Origin: Octopus sinensis
Taxonomy: Eukaryota
Direction of reading: 5' to 3'
Length of the DNA stretch: 64,000 nt
NCBI RefSeq assembly: GCF_006345805.1
Contig: NC_042999.1
Location: forward strand, 100,440,001-100,504,000
Positions 51,399-64,000 of this stretch are shown here, in pieces (positions within the stretch are counted from its first letter, which is position 1; every line of letters begins with the position of its first letter). The notes beneath the pieces were generated by a model, which did not search any database, was not told the DNA's origin, and saw nothing but the letters and a program-made list of their open reading frames with translations. The position numbers were made by a program, and so were the translations under genes.

Positions 51399-51792
51399 TA
51401 GGCATTAACATATATAAACTGCACTCGGTATGATATAACCATAGTTTAGTGCAAGTCTACCTTACTCGAAATTCTTTTTTCATAACTTTGTCAATCATGC
51501 ATTTTTTATGTTAATGAAATTTTACAGAGATTCGTGTTTTGGACGATGTAAATTACGATAATGTTGATGAAATTTATTTTCATTTCATTTTTAAAAAGTT
51601 TTTGCTTTTGTTTTTTTCCAGAAGAAAAGAAGTTGGTACCATTTCAAACATATAATAATTTTCACATGATCACAGCACAACATAGAAAAAAATGCGACAC
51701 TACCTAGCATGATTTTATAAAAAACTTTTCGTGTTTACTTTTAGCCAACTACAATACAGGCTGAACGTGTTCTGGATATATAAATACATTGT

Positions 51793-51829
<37 letters not shown>

Positions 51830-51977
51830 CACACACACACACATATATATATATATGATTATCTGTGTGTAAGTATATATACACACGCACGCGCACACAC
51901 ACATATATGCATATATGTGCGCTTGTGTATGTGTGTGTGTGTGTGTATATATATATATACTCACGCACACATAATCA

Positions 51978-52022
<45 letters not shown>

Positions 52023-52752
52023 TATATGATTATCAAGTGTGAGTAATAATATATATATATAAGTATTTATACATATATGTATATACACGCACGCACACAC
52101 ACACACATATATATGCATATATACATACACATATACACATCTATGTCTGTCTGTTAGCATGACTATTTATCATTCTCTGTATCCTTTTTGATGGATGGAT
52201 GGATGGATGGATAGATGGATAATTCATATAATTATGTATGTATGTATGTATGTATGTATGTATGTATGTATGTATGCATGTATGTATGTATGTATGTGTT
52301 CGGGTGTGCATGTAGGCATATATCGTTCGCCAATGTGCATCGATAGACGATGTAGATCCAAGAAAGTGAAACGGAAACCTTGTACTTTTTGAAAGTAGCT
52401 CTCTTTAGATATCTGTTCGGTGCCGAGGTACCCAGCCACACACGTACTTAACATTATCGTCAACGGAAATGTCAAATACCAATGATTGACCCACTGGATT
52501 ATTCTAACCAACAATTCAATTGTTTACACACTACAGTTAAAATACGCTACAGTTTAAAATAAACAAGTATATATATATATATATCATATCTGTGTAATAG
52601 AATTCAAACGTTTCTGGCAGTCGAGCATAGGTTGGTTTCAATTTGCACAATGCTTTCGCTTATAATTTCAAGTGCCCCTGTAAAATGACAATTACAAACC
52701 CCATTATTTCTGACTCGAACTCATTGAATTACTCAGAATGTAAGAGTGTTAG

Positions 52753-53151
52753 CCGGTGAGCTGGCAGATATGTTAGCACGCTGGGCGAAATGCTTAGCGG
52801 TATTTCGTCTGCCGTTACGTTGTGAGTTCAAATTCCGCCGAGGTTGACTTTGCCTTTCATCCTTTTGGGGTCGATAAATTAAGTACCAGTTATGCACTGG
52901 GGTCGATGTAATCGACTTAATACCTATTTCTGTCCTTGTTTGTCCCCTCTATGTTTAGCCCCTTGTGGGTAATAACGAAATAGGTATTTCATCTGTCTTT
53001 ACGTTCTGAGTTCAAATTCCGCCGAGGTCGACTTTGTCTTTTATCCTTTCGGGGTTGATAAATTAAGTAGCAGTTACGTACTGAGGTCGATCTAATCGAC
53101 TGGCTCCCCTCCTTAGAAATTTCGGGCCTTGTGCTTTGAGTAGAAAAGAAT
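52753..53151 (+). mobile_element. Dimeric SINE family A, well preserved
   Basis: Two GAGTTCAAATTCCGCCGAGG..GGGGT(C/T)GATAAATTAAGTA units joined by the TAATACCTAT..GAAATAG linker. Confidence 0.92.
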
Positions 53152-53699
53152 GTAAGAGTGCTTGTGCGGAATGAGCTGCGCCAGTTCTTGACAAGGGCTT
53201 TATTTGTCAAAGCTAAATATAAAAAAGGATCAAAAGCAAAGTTGACATCAGTAGATTGTAAACTTACTGTGGTGACAGTCGAAGCAAACGCTATCGCGCA
53301 TTCTAGCAACGCCTTGGCTACTGTGTATCTGTGTGTGTGGTGTGTGTGTGTGGTGTGTGTGTGTGTTTGCATTCATAACATACTGGTTATGAATGCAAAC
53401 ACACACATGCATATGTAAATGCATACATACATATTCATACATTCATATATACATACGTACACATACATACAAACGCATACATACATACATACATACATAC
53501 ATAAACACATACATACATAAACACATACATACATACATACATACACACATAGAAACTGACGCAGTTTTTCCAAAGGCTATCTATTAAGTGGTACAGTGAA
53601 GATTTGTCAGACATTCTAAAGAGTCTCCATCTCAGATTCTTTAGATGAATAGATGCACCGACAGCTCAAACACAAACACTCAACTACATATCTACAAAC

Positions 53700-54180
53700 A
53701 GCGGGAACTCCCTTAACTCAAAAAGTATTGACGCTTTGTTAGCGACCGGCTTGAATTCTCCTAACAACTTAAATAAAATTCAAAGACAAACTTTGGCGTG
53801 TGATTTGCAATTTAAAAGGAGACTACTTTAGGTTACTTTTTAGCTTACTTTTCACTTTCTAAAACCTCTTAAGATGTTGGTTAAAGAATTTTACAATGTG
53901 ATCAGCGACGAGACGAAGGCAGTTGCATTTTTGCAAAAACATGGCCGTTTAGATGATGAAGAAAAATGTTGCATCATGCCATCGGTGTCGTGGAGAAACG
54001 AAGGAAGCTCGAAGAGAAGGGGAAAACGGTGAAATTTTGGCAACTTTACGTTGCAAAACTCGCGGCTGCCGAACTTGTGCGATTTACGAGCTTTCTTTTT
54101 ATTATTACATTGTTTATTCTTGGTTTTTTAATGTTATTTACTCAGACATAAATGAAACATGGTTTTATTATTATTATTAA
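53700..54180 (+). mobile_element. Merlin/IS1595-like DNA transposon 5' relic
   Basis: From ATG 53874: MLVKEFYNVISDETKAVAFLQKHGRLDDEE, a frameshift, then CHRCRGETKEARREGENGEILATLRCKTRGCRTC. This is the N-terminal C2C2 zinc-ribbon layout of Merlin transposases. Confidence 0.6.
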
Positions 54181-54528
54181 AATAGTAAGAATTTTCGAAA
54201 ACAAATACATTTACAATGCTAAGTATGTACAAAAGAATTTATAAACAAATGTAGAAATTGTAAAGTAAACCAAAAAGTAATCTAAAGTAATTTCCCCTTA
54301 AGTTGTAGATCATACACCAAAGTAGCACCGAAAAACATACATACATACATACATACATACATACATACATACATACATACATACATACATACATACAATG
54401 CATAACGAACGATACACGCATAGTGTCCGAGAAAACTGAGGCCCAGAAAGAGAGAATTGTGTTCAAAGCCGCGTGAGCGGATTTGGTAGACGAAAACAGA
54501 AAGAAGCCTGTCGAGTGTATATATATAT

Positions 54529-54922
54529 AGGTGCAGTAGCGGCTGTATGGTAAGTAGCTTGCTTACCAACCAAATGGTCCCGGGTTCTGTCCCACTGCAT
54601 GGCACCTTGGTCAAGTGTATTTTGCTATAGCCTCGGGCCGACGAAAACCTTGTGACTGGATTTGGTAGACGGAAACTGAAAGAAACCCGTCGCGTATGTG
54701 TGTGTGCGAATGTTTGTGTGTCTGTGTCACACACACACCCTTATGGCTTGACACCTGATGTTGGTGTGTTTACGTCCCCGTAACTTAACGGCTCCGCAAA
54801 AGAGACCGATAGAATAAGTACTAGGCTTACAAAGAATAAGTCCTGGGGTCTATCTGTTCGACTAAAGGCGGTGCTCCAGCATGGCCACAGTCAAATGACT
54901 GAAACAAATAAAAGAATAAAAT
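54529..54922 (+). mobile_element. Full-length SINE family B (preceded by a partial copy at ~54420-54520)
   Basis: Same structure as 39441-39833. Confidence 0.9.
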
Positions 54923-55114
54923 AATCTATTATTCTATACAAAGTCGGATGCTGCTTTCGACTCTTTTTGTATCAAAAGAAGTTTTTCAACCCAATATTTA
55001 CATGCTACACTTTATAGCTTTAAGTGTATGCTTTGAGATAGACTTATCCATAAAAGAATTATTTTACTTTCTCTCTAAAGTTTATAAAATTCATATGACG
55101 TCAACAATATAAGT

Positions 55115-55282
55115 GTATTTCCCTTCTCGGGATCTTTCCTTCTCCTATGTTTCCGACGAAGAGCTCCGCTCGAAACGTTAAACCCTCCTTCTTCCCTTCT
55201 TTCCTGAGCGTCCAATAATACTATATTTGTTCCACGTCCTCGCGTTGTTGTGCTTTTTGTGTTTTCTTGTTTGGATTAACTA
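55115..55282 (+). mobile_element. Penelope-like pseudo-LTR fragment with minimal hammerhead (55149-55183)
   Basis: GTTT-CCGACGA-A-GAGC-TCC-GCTC-GAAA-CG-TT-AAAC followed by TTTCCTGAGCGTCCAATAATAC, ending in (TA)n. Confidence 0.75.
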
Positions 55283-55529
55283 TATATATATATATATATG
55301 CATGTATGTATGTATGAATGTATAACAATAATTAAGGGTTAAGCAACAAGTTGCTTCACCACATACGGAAAATTTAGAAATAGCAGCCAAAAGATTGCTA
55401 TTTTTTTTCTACAAAATATATATCTCCACAGATAACAATATTTGTAACTCACATAGGCAAAAAGAAGAAAAATAATGAAATCAGTCTTTGATATATCTGT
55501 AATAATTATATATATATATGTATATATAT

Positions 55530-56305
55530 TCCAGAGTTTCTCCTTGTTCATTGCATTTTTCATCGTAAGCACCTGGCAGCCAGATACTTCAAGTATGAAG
55601 ATGTTATGAAATCTGTCCTTGAAATTGTCTATTTCATACACTTAAATGGGAAGACTCGCCGACAGTTTAGAAATTTTATTGAAGAACTGGAGCTTGAAAA
55701 TAAACCCAGTGATATTACTTTCTACTTCATTGCGAGGTGGTTGTCAACCAGCAATGTTTTGAGTAGGTTTGTCTGTTAGACCCTATTATTACTTTTCTTA
55801 AAGAAAAGAAAAGATCCTGTCCTCAAATGGAAATAATGAATGGATGCAAGATCTGATATTCCTTACTGATATAATGAATCATCTACAAACTCTCAACTTC
55901 GCACTCCAGGGAAAGAATAAGATTTTTCTGGCCTTACTCAGACAATTTTCATCTTTCAGAATAAAATAGGAGTCTTTCAAAGAGATATATTGTCAAGAAA
56001 CTCCAATCACTTTCCCAATCTCAGTAGGAGAATAAATACATTCGCTGGTATTGAAATAAAAGACCACAAACTGGAAGAATACGGAGATAAATTACAAGAA
56101 CTGTTCAATAATTTTCTAGACAAGTTTGATGACTTGCGAAAGCTGAAGCTCTGCTTCGCCTTTCTTGTCATTCCATTTATGGTTGATGTGGTCAATAATG
56201 GATGTCCAATTCTCGAACCTCTGGTTACGGAATCATCTGCTGTGGAAATGGAACTAATGGAATTGCAGGAGGACCTGGGTCTAAAGATGATCCATAAATT
56301 ATGGG
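55530..56305 (+). mobile_element. hAT (Charlie/Buster/SPIN-type) transposase relic
   Basis: VHCIFHRKHLAA, ARWLSTSNVLSRF, WMQDLIFLTDIMNHLQTLNFALQG, HFPNL; frameshifted. Confidence 0.88.
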
Positions 56306-56639
56306 TAACTCGTCTGGCTCAATCGGATACACAAGGAACCGTGTTAGCGTTGATATGCGGGCTCGATTCTAATCGGAATTAGCTCATCATTTTTCAGTTA
56401 ATTTTTAGATAAATGTTGCTTTAATCGAAGTATATATATCATTCTTATGATATATTATTATATAATTATTGCATTATATATATATATATATATATATATA
56501 AGTTTCAACAATATGTGGTAACCGTCTAATTGAGACATACTTGCTCTTTATCTTTATATTACCTTCATCTATCCTCTGTGTGCGCGCGTGTGTGTGTGTG
56601 TGTGTGTGTGTGTCTGCCTGTCTGTCTGTTTAAGATATA

Positions 56640-56920
56640 TAAAGTAAAGAGCGCTACACAAGTCCGAGCAAGGTTGTTTGTCAAAGACCAGCGCTCACCC
56701 ATGCATACCAGCCTTCCGCCACCGATGTTGTCCAAGGGAAAGACAAAGACAAAGGCCGAAACAGCTTGGCAACAGTGACATCGCAAGCTCATTTCTACAG
56801 CTGAGTGCACAGGAGCAACGTGAAATAAAGTTTCTTGTTCAAGAACACAACATACTGCCCAGTACGGGAATCGAACTCACACCCTTACGGTCTAAGGCCG
56901 ACACTCTAATCACTGAACCA
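56640..56920 (-). mobile_element. CORE-type tRNA SINE (family C), degenerate
   Basis: CAGCTGAGTGCACAGGAGCAACGTGAAATAAAGTTTCTTGTTCAAGAACACAAC plus a tail matching 61740-62150. Confidence 0.85.
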
Positions 56921-57415
56921 TATGTGTATGTATATCCATGTTTTCCTATGCCAGAGACGACAGATTTGTCTCAACATGCGGTTTCCAGTGATTACATATT
57001 ATTAACAAAGCCAGAGATGAGCAAAAATACGCATTTAGCATTCTCACCCCGATTTTGCTCTGCTACTTATATATTTGTATAATTTAACACACTCTGTCTA
57101 TTAGAGATATTACCTCCGGACAAATACTGCCGTTAATGTGGTTCTTCGTGATGTATTTGTATTAAAATTACGATACACAAATGGCTATTTTAATCTAAAA
57201 CTGCTTCTACTGCACCTAACGGATTTTTATTGAGCCGGCCGGCTAATTATCACATCAGTGGTTTCTCAGTCACTTTTTCCCTATATCAGTAACGACGGAT
57301 TTTATGTTGAAATGCGGTTGCCATTGGGTACATGTTGCTGACAATGCCCTGTGACGAGCAAAGTCATTCGAGAAACTGAGTAGTCACAAATAATAATTTT
57401 CATTTTTATTTTTAA

Positions 57416-57718
57416 CTAGCAGTATCGCCCGGCGTTGCTCGGGTTTGTAAGGGAAATAACTATATAAGCATTTTTAGCGAGTTACTTCCCTAATATAAAA
57501 AGAGCGAAAATGCATTAAAAATACGGAAAAATTATGGTAATTTTTTTTTAAATTGTAGACTCATCGTAGACGCGCGCTAATACCCAGAAGGGCTCGATAT
57601 GAATCACGACTATAAGATACTCGCTTTTGGTTAAACTGCACCGCAAAATGTGGGAGTAGTTAGGAATCTAAATCGGTGTAGACAGACACACACACAACTA
57701 TATTTTTATATATAAAGA
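57416..57718 (-). mobile_element. Non-autonomous Helitron
   Basis: Minus strand A|TCTTTATATATAAAA ... CCCGAGCAACGCCGGGCGATACTGCTAG|T; near-identical to 62882-63180. Confidence 0.88.
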
Positions 57719-58864
57719 TATTTAGAAAATCAATGGGCTGAAATTTTGTGCAAAGAAATCATAGTAGAATAGAGGAACGTGAAAATAAACGACATTAATC
57801 TGCGTAAGAGGTTATTAGCCAAAGTAGACCTAACCTTGCCATGACGCAACCTTGAAAGAAAATGAGCATTGCCTCCCTCGGTAAAGCCTTCCGGCTAATT
57901 TATATAGAGATTGCGATTTGCCAATTCGGAGCATAACTAGCTTTCTCAGATTTTACTGTTTTACTAAGCAGGTAATTACTTTGTTTTATAAATTATTAAT
58001 TTATATTTCTAATGGGACTCGCTATCTATTTTAGCTAATCAATTAACCCTTTCAGACCTCAATTATTTATTTATACAGAAAAAAAATGATGTCACGATTT
58101 AAAATAAGCTCATGCGATGAATTGATAATAACAGCATAATCACGTTCAAAAATAATTGACTTACAGTCAGAATTTTGAAAAATTACCATTTCGATAGAAA
58201 CCTGAATATGTTTTCACGTGACATGCAAAAAACACGAGTGTGAAATATGGTTCATCAAACACTTTAATTGTAACTGATTCTATTCTACACGTCTACAACA
58301 TTCACTAAGTATATTGTTCCGATGATAAATCAGAGAAATGGTGTTAATATCCAGCTGTCTGTTTGAAACTCAGTTTAATATTAGATATTTATCAGTTCCT
58401 ATACGATATTACAGATTTGAACTGTAAAATGTTCGCTAAGAAAATGTTCTGTTATATTTCGAAATTGTGTGTAATAAACTTATTGAAGAATTTCAGGTAA
58501 CCTTGACGACAGCAAGCAACAAAAGATTCTAATTCTTTTTTCAATTAAAATTGAGAATGGTTTCTATTCATCATCTACTTTGACAAACCATTCTAAGAAG
58601 TACAATTATATAACCAGAGATTTCTTTGGGCATTATTTATTGTAGTACTTTCGGATTTATTGTCTCAATCAACGTCAATAAAAACACAACGAACTGGTTT
58701 GCTTCTATTATTCAACTAATCAACTGCTGAATTTTAATTTTCCCATGCGGCATTTTATTTCTTGATTGTTTGTTTGTTTGTTTTTGCGGCGGAGTCTTTT
58801 TTGTAGCAGGATTTGTTAGTTTTATTTTTCCAATCAATTTAGTTGACATCATTTGATTTAATTC

Positions 58865-59102
58865 ATTACATTCCTTCCCGAGTCATATAGACTCATAAAG
58901 CCGGTTTCCCGGTTTCTGTAGCGTATATATTTCCCCCATAGACAGGACGCCGGTCCGTCGCAGGATTTCTCATTTTTGACAGCTGAGTGGACAGGAGCAA
59001 CGTGAAATGAAGTGTTGGGCTTGAGAACACAACGGATTTCCCAGTCCAGGAATCGAAAACACAATCTTACGATCATAAACCCTGCACTCCTAACCACTAT
59101 GC
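58865..59102 (-). mobile_element. CORE-type tRNA SINE with alternative 3' tail
   Basis: Same head and CORE segment as 62150-62306, but an unrelated tail (GAAACCGGGAAACCGGCTTTATGAGTCTATATGACTCGG). Confidence 0.8.
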
Positions 59103-59781
59103 CTTTGTTTGTCTTTGTTGACCTTGATTGCAACAATAAAATACTACAATAAATAAAACTTTCTAGGGGGCTACTTGTGACCCCAAGAGTCAAAATGAGT
59201 TGAAAACCTTTGCTCTAGACTAGTCATGGACAAACTGCAAGACTTTCTAATGACACAGCTAATTCCTCGAGGAAAATAACATATGCGTAATGTCTTTTTT
59301 AGTAATGCGGCCCGCCTGATGGTGATTCATATCTCATGAGACCCGCTTCTCAAAAAAGGTTGTCACGCCAATGGGGTTTCATAGAGAAGAATCAGTGAAG
59401 ATTTAGAAAAAAGTGACTGGACAAATTATTACATTTAATAAAATTAAGATGGTTTTAAACGGTTTGAACTTGTCCAACACCATAGCGAACAAAAATCAAT
59501 TAAATGAATCCAACTCTCTTTCGCCTTCTCATCAACAAAGAGTAAAATATTTTACCTTTATTTCTTTTTTTTTTTTTTTTTTGTAGGTTGGTGGGTTTGT
59601 CCGTTTGAGAATCGCTGTTCTTGCATTTCGTTAATACCAATTGGTTCAGAAATGCACTTCATAACCACTAGATCACAAATTCAATCTCACTGTACAGTAC
59701 CCTGGACATTCGTTTTCCACATAGCTTCGGATTGCCCAGTACTTTGGGAATGGAATTTAGAAGACAGAAACTGGATGAAGA

Positions 59782-59820
<39 letters not shown>

Positions 59821-60029
59821 GTGTGTGTGCACGCGCGTGTATTTTAAGTGTAATTTATCAATTCGACAAATATATCGATACAAGCATCAAGCTTAAACAA
59901 GTAGTAGGGTTGATATAATCAACTAAACCCTCAAAAATAATGCTCCAGTATGTCCGATGACAAAGACAGAAACCAGTAAGAATCTAAGAATGTATTTTTC
60001 TAGTTATAGATCTTTTGTTGTCTTTTATC

Positions 60030-60445
60030 TTTTACTTGTTTCAGTCATTGGAGTGCGGCCATACTGGGGTACCGCCTTGAAAGTTTAGTCGAGCAAATTG
60101 ACTCCAATACTTCATTTTTAAACCTGATACTTCTGTCGTCACTTTTGCCGGACGCAAACAAACCAACATCGGCTGTCAAGTAGTTGTGAAAGAATATAGC
60201 GCAAACACTAACACGCACACATATACATACATACATACATACATACATACATACATACATACATACATACATACATAATACATACATACATACATACATA
60301 TGACGGACTTCTTTCAGTTTCCGTCTACCAAATACATACACAACGCTTTGCTCGAAGCAATAGTGAAAGATACTTGCTCAAGGGACTGAACCCAAGACCA
60401 CATGACTGATAACCAACCTTCTCACCACAGCCACGCCTGCGCCTT
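60030..60445 (-). mobile_element. SINE family B, degenerate, internal (TACA)n expanded
   Basis: Both halves recognisable. Confidence 0.85.
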
Positions 60446-60509
60446 TAATTGTTGATATGTTTATACTCCCGTTTAATATTTCGTTACAACAACTGTTTAT
60501 CCAAAAATA

Positions 60510-60899
60510 GGAGGCGCAATGGCCCAGTAGTTAGGGCAGCGGACTCGCGGTCATAGGATCGCGGTTTCGATTCCCAGACCGGGCGTTGTGAGTGTTTATT
60601 GAGCGATAACACCTAAAAGCTCCACGAGGCTCCAGCAGGGGATGGTGGTGATCCCTGCTGTACTCTTTCACCACAACTTCCTCTCACTCTTACTTCCTGT
60701 TTCTGTTGTACCTGTATTTCAAGGGACCGGCCTTGTCACTCTCTGTGTCACGCTGAATATCCCCGAGAACTACGTTAAGGGTGCACGTGTCTGTGGAGTG
60801 CTCAGCCACTTACACGTTAATTTCACGAGCAAGCTGTTCCGTTGATTCGGATCAACCGGAACCCTCATCGTCGTAACCGACGGAGTGCTTCCTCCCTCC
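60510..60899 (+). mobile_element. Young tRNA-derived SINE (family D) with 11-bp TSD
   Basis: GGCGCAATGGCCCAGTAGTTAGG (A box), GGTTTCGATTCCC (B box); TSD TTTATCCAAAA at 60496-60506 and 60900-60910. Confidence 0.9.
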
Positions 60900-61088
60900 T
60901 TTATCCAAAATGACATGATGTATTCTACGTTATTATTTTCTTTAAGCCGATGTTTATCAAGGGAGTGACCAACAGCATTTTGGGTGGGACGTAGGTTACT
61001 TCAGGATGGGGCTGAACTAAGTAACAAAGGAATAAAACTTGCAATAAAGTTTTGATTAAAACTTCTTTTGAATATGTATACGCTGAAA

Positions 61089-61305
61089 AAGGTGGTAAAC
61101 TGGCAAAATCATTAGCGCGCCGGGCAAAATACTTCGTGGCATTTCGTCCATCTTTACGTTCTAAGTTCAAATTCCGCCGAGGTTGACTTTGCTTTTCATC
61201 CCTTTCGGGATCGATAAAATAAGTACCAGCAGAGCACTGGGGGTCGATGTAATCGACTTACCCCCTCCACCGAACTTACTGGCATTGTGCCAAAATTTGA
61301 ACCCT
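61089..61305 (+). mobile_element. Monomeric SINE family A
   Basis: Head, B box, core and 3' end present. Confidence 0.9.
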
Positions 61306-61718
61306 ATATGTATACGCTGTATACTAATTTTTTCCGTTCATGCTGGATCACGCTTTTTTCCCCGAGTCATCCTACTCTGAAAATCGAAGTTGGGTGTGGG
61401 TCAAAAGAGAGTTTTGAGAAATGTTGCTTTCAACAGAATATTCTAAGAGTGCTGTAGCTTGTTTGAAGTGTTGTGATACAGAGGTAAAAATAAATGATAA
61501 AAGACAGAAGGTTTGTAGTAATGCGAAAAGGGCCACAGTAACGTTTATATATTTCAGGCACAAAGGACCATCATCAGAGTGAACATCTGAGACATGTGAG
61601 CTTAAGTTAATCCTTTGAAGTCGATTACCAATTTTTGTCTAATTGAAATTCCTGTCTACTCTGTGATATATGAAATGTCTTTAACTTATTGTAGTTTTTC
61701 TCTTTTCGTTGGCTATTA

Positions 61719-62306
61719 GGAGGAGGAGGAGGAGGAGACCCCCTTCGATCATGAATGACCATGGGATTGGACCTAGGAAGTTACCCTCCGAGGCACAAGT
61801 CAGGACAAGATTGTTTCTGGAAGGCTAGCAGTCGCCCATGCATACCAGCCTCCCCTCTCCATACCTATTTCTTTATTACCCACAAGGGGCTAAACACAGG
61901 GGGGACAAACAAGGACAGACATAGGTATTAAGTCGATTACATCGACCCCAGTGCGTAACTGGTACTTAATTTATCGACCCCAAAGGATGAAAGGCAAAGT
62001 CGACCTCGGCGGAATTTGAACTCACAACGTAACGCAGACGAAATACCGCTAAGCATTTCGCCCGGCGTGCTAACGTTTCTGCCAGCTCACAGCCCTCTCC
62101 ATACCACTGATGTTATCCAAGGGAAAAGCCGATACAGCTTGGCACCAGTGATGTCGTAACTCATTTCTGCAGCTGAGTTAACTGGAGCAACGCGAAATAA
62201 AGTGTCTTGCTCAAGAACACAACACACAGCCCGGTCCGGGAATCGAACTCACAACCTCACGATCGTAAGCTCTAAGCTCTAACCACTGAGCTATGCGCCT
62301 TCACAC
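61719..62306 (-). mobile_element. CORE-type tRNA(Arg)-like SINE (family C) with 13-bp TSD, interrupted by SINE A
   Basis: TSD TCGTTGGCTATTA at 61706-61718 and 62307-62319; head GGCGCATAGCTCAGTGGTTAG..CTTACGATC..GAGTTCGATTCCC; GTTCTTGAGCAAGACACTTTAT CORE-like segment; (CCT)n tail. Confidence 0.9.
61866..62092 (-). mobile_element. SINE family A (monomer 1 plus linker only) nested in family C with 13-bp TSD
   Basis: TSD CCCTCTCCATACC at 61853-61865 and 62093-62105. Confidence 0.92.
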
Positions 62307-62314
62307 TCGTTGGC

Positions 62315-62371
<57 letters not shown>

Positions 62372-62881
62372 CTAAGTTTTGTATACATCACCTAATCGGA
62401 AATAATCCAACATGATCACAAAATCGACGAAGAAACGTTTAAGGGGAGATAACTTTCTTTATTAGATTCTGCTGTTACTTCTCTTTAAATTGAACATGCT
62501 TTTTAATGCAGGTGATTGAATATATGCATACACTAAAAATCCTGTAGAAAACAAAATACAAATAACAGGCTAAGTTAACATAGCCTGTTTATAAATACAA
62601 TAAGAACTGAACATATTTTCTGTCCTGTGAGTAGTGTGTTGAAAGACACTGTCTGATGGTCAGTCGAAATATTTTACTATTCTTTTATAGATTTCGAAGC
62701 ACTATGGATTTTTACTTGATTACATTAACCTTAATACTTTGCCTGCCATTTATTTTATCGGCCTCAGAAGGGATCTGAAAGAATAAACTAATTGGCCGTG
62801 AAAGAAAGCAACTGAGACGAATCCAAATTCTGTTTAATTTATATATTTTTTTTAAGGTACCATTTCTTACCTTATCACGTA

Positions 62882-63180
62882 CTAGCAGTATCGCCCGGCG
62901 TTGCTCATGTTTGTAAGGGAAATAACTATATAAGCATTTTTAGAGAGTTACTTCCCTTATATAATAGCAAAAAATGCATTAAAAATGGGAAAAAATGATG
63001 GTAAATTTTTTTTTAAATCGTAGACTCATAGACGCGCGCTAATACCCAGAAGGGCTCGATATGAATGACGACTATGAGATACCCGCTTTTGGTTAAACTG
63101 CACCGCAAAATGTGGGAGTAGTTAGGAATCTAAATCGTAGGAAACAGACACTCACACAACTTCACTTTTATATATAAAGA
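62882..63180 (-). mobile_element. Non-autonomous Helitron
   Basis: TC 5' end, GC-rich subterminal hairpin, CTAG 3' end, inserted between A and T. Confidence 0.88.
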
Positions 63181-63924
63181 TATACAGATGCGTGTGTGTG
63201 TGTGTGTGTGCGCGCGCGTGCGCGCGTACGTGTACATATTCCCTACAATATTATATACATAGTGGGCCCGAATGTTCATGTAGTTAGGAAGAACACTCCG
63301 CGATAACCTGACTCTTCGTTTGAACCAAGGATCACCTTATTGCGAAGCGAATTTTTAACTACATGACCAGTCCAGCCGACTAGGTATATAATCTAATACC
63401 ACAGAAATGTATAAGAAATCTTGCAAAAGATAACTTACAGTAACCTTTTAAATGATCAATAAAATTAATGCCAGCAAAATATGGTAGTCTGTGCCATCGA
63501 TTCTACCCTTCTTCGACAAGCATTAAATATCTACCTAATCAAAAGAAATCAATAATTTCCATTATCGTAGCGTCTATTGATACAAGGGAGATAAGTTTTT
63601 ATTGTCCAGAACGCTATTATTAGTGGCTGAAGTCTTAGTTGAAATGCAATGGTCGAAAGCACAGCCAACGTCAGTACATTTTATGCAAGGAATATTAACT
63701 AGAAATAGTCACATGGTACAGGAAAAGCAATATTAGTCTACGACTAAAATTAATTTCATTTGTTCGAAAAGTATGGGAGACAAAACAGGTATTTTTTTTT
63801 TTTTTCAGGTTTATTGTGGACCTCACTAGCAAAATACATCCACAGTTCTTGCCTAAACATTGATACAATTACAAAGTATTCTTCTTATACTTTGTTTAAC
63901 TAGTAGAGTCCCTAATGCCTCTCT

Positions 63925-64000
63925 TTGTCTCTCTCTCTCTCTCTCTCTCTCTCCTCTCTCTCCTCTCTCTCTCTTCCTCTCTCTCTCTCTTCCTCTCTCT
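63925..64000. repeat. (CT)n microsatellite running off the window
   Basis: Directly visible. Confidence 0.95.

Noticed and set aside
61540-61582. CTGATGA...GAAATATATA on the minus strand
   Set aside because: Stem II is only 2-3 bp and stem I does not pair.

Overview
AT-rich, repeat-dense animal genomic DNA. The SINE families and the TA/CA/GATA/TATG/AAT microsatellite load look like an octopus/cephalopod genome (inference, no database search). Almost all ORFs in the supplied track are microsatellite or antisense artefacts. The only convincing host-gene sequence is a minus-strand first coding exon (31634-31343) for a signal-peptide plus coiled-coil protein. The rest is mobile DNA: several tRNA-derived SINE families, R4/Dong-like and CR1-like LINE relics, a Gag-knuckle LINE ORF1 relic, non-autonomous Helitrons, Tc1/mariner and pogo-like MITEs, and hAT and Merlin transposase relics. 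The most striking signal is a set of type I hammerhead-ribozyme motifs: about 12 copies in roughly six sequence types. Most sit as outward-pointing pairs in fold-back (inverted) Penelope-like pseudo-LTR elements concentrated at 33.5-41.7 kb. One has a compensatory G3-C8 catalytic-core swap (GUGAACA instead of CUGANGA). All folds were done by eye and none has been tested for cleavage.
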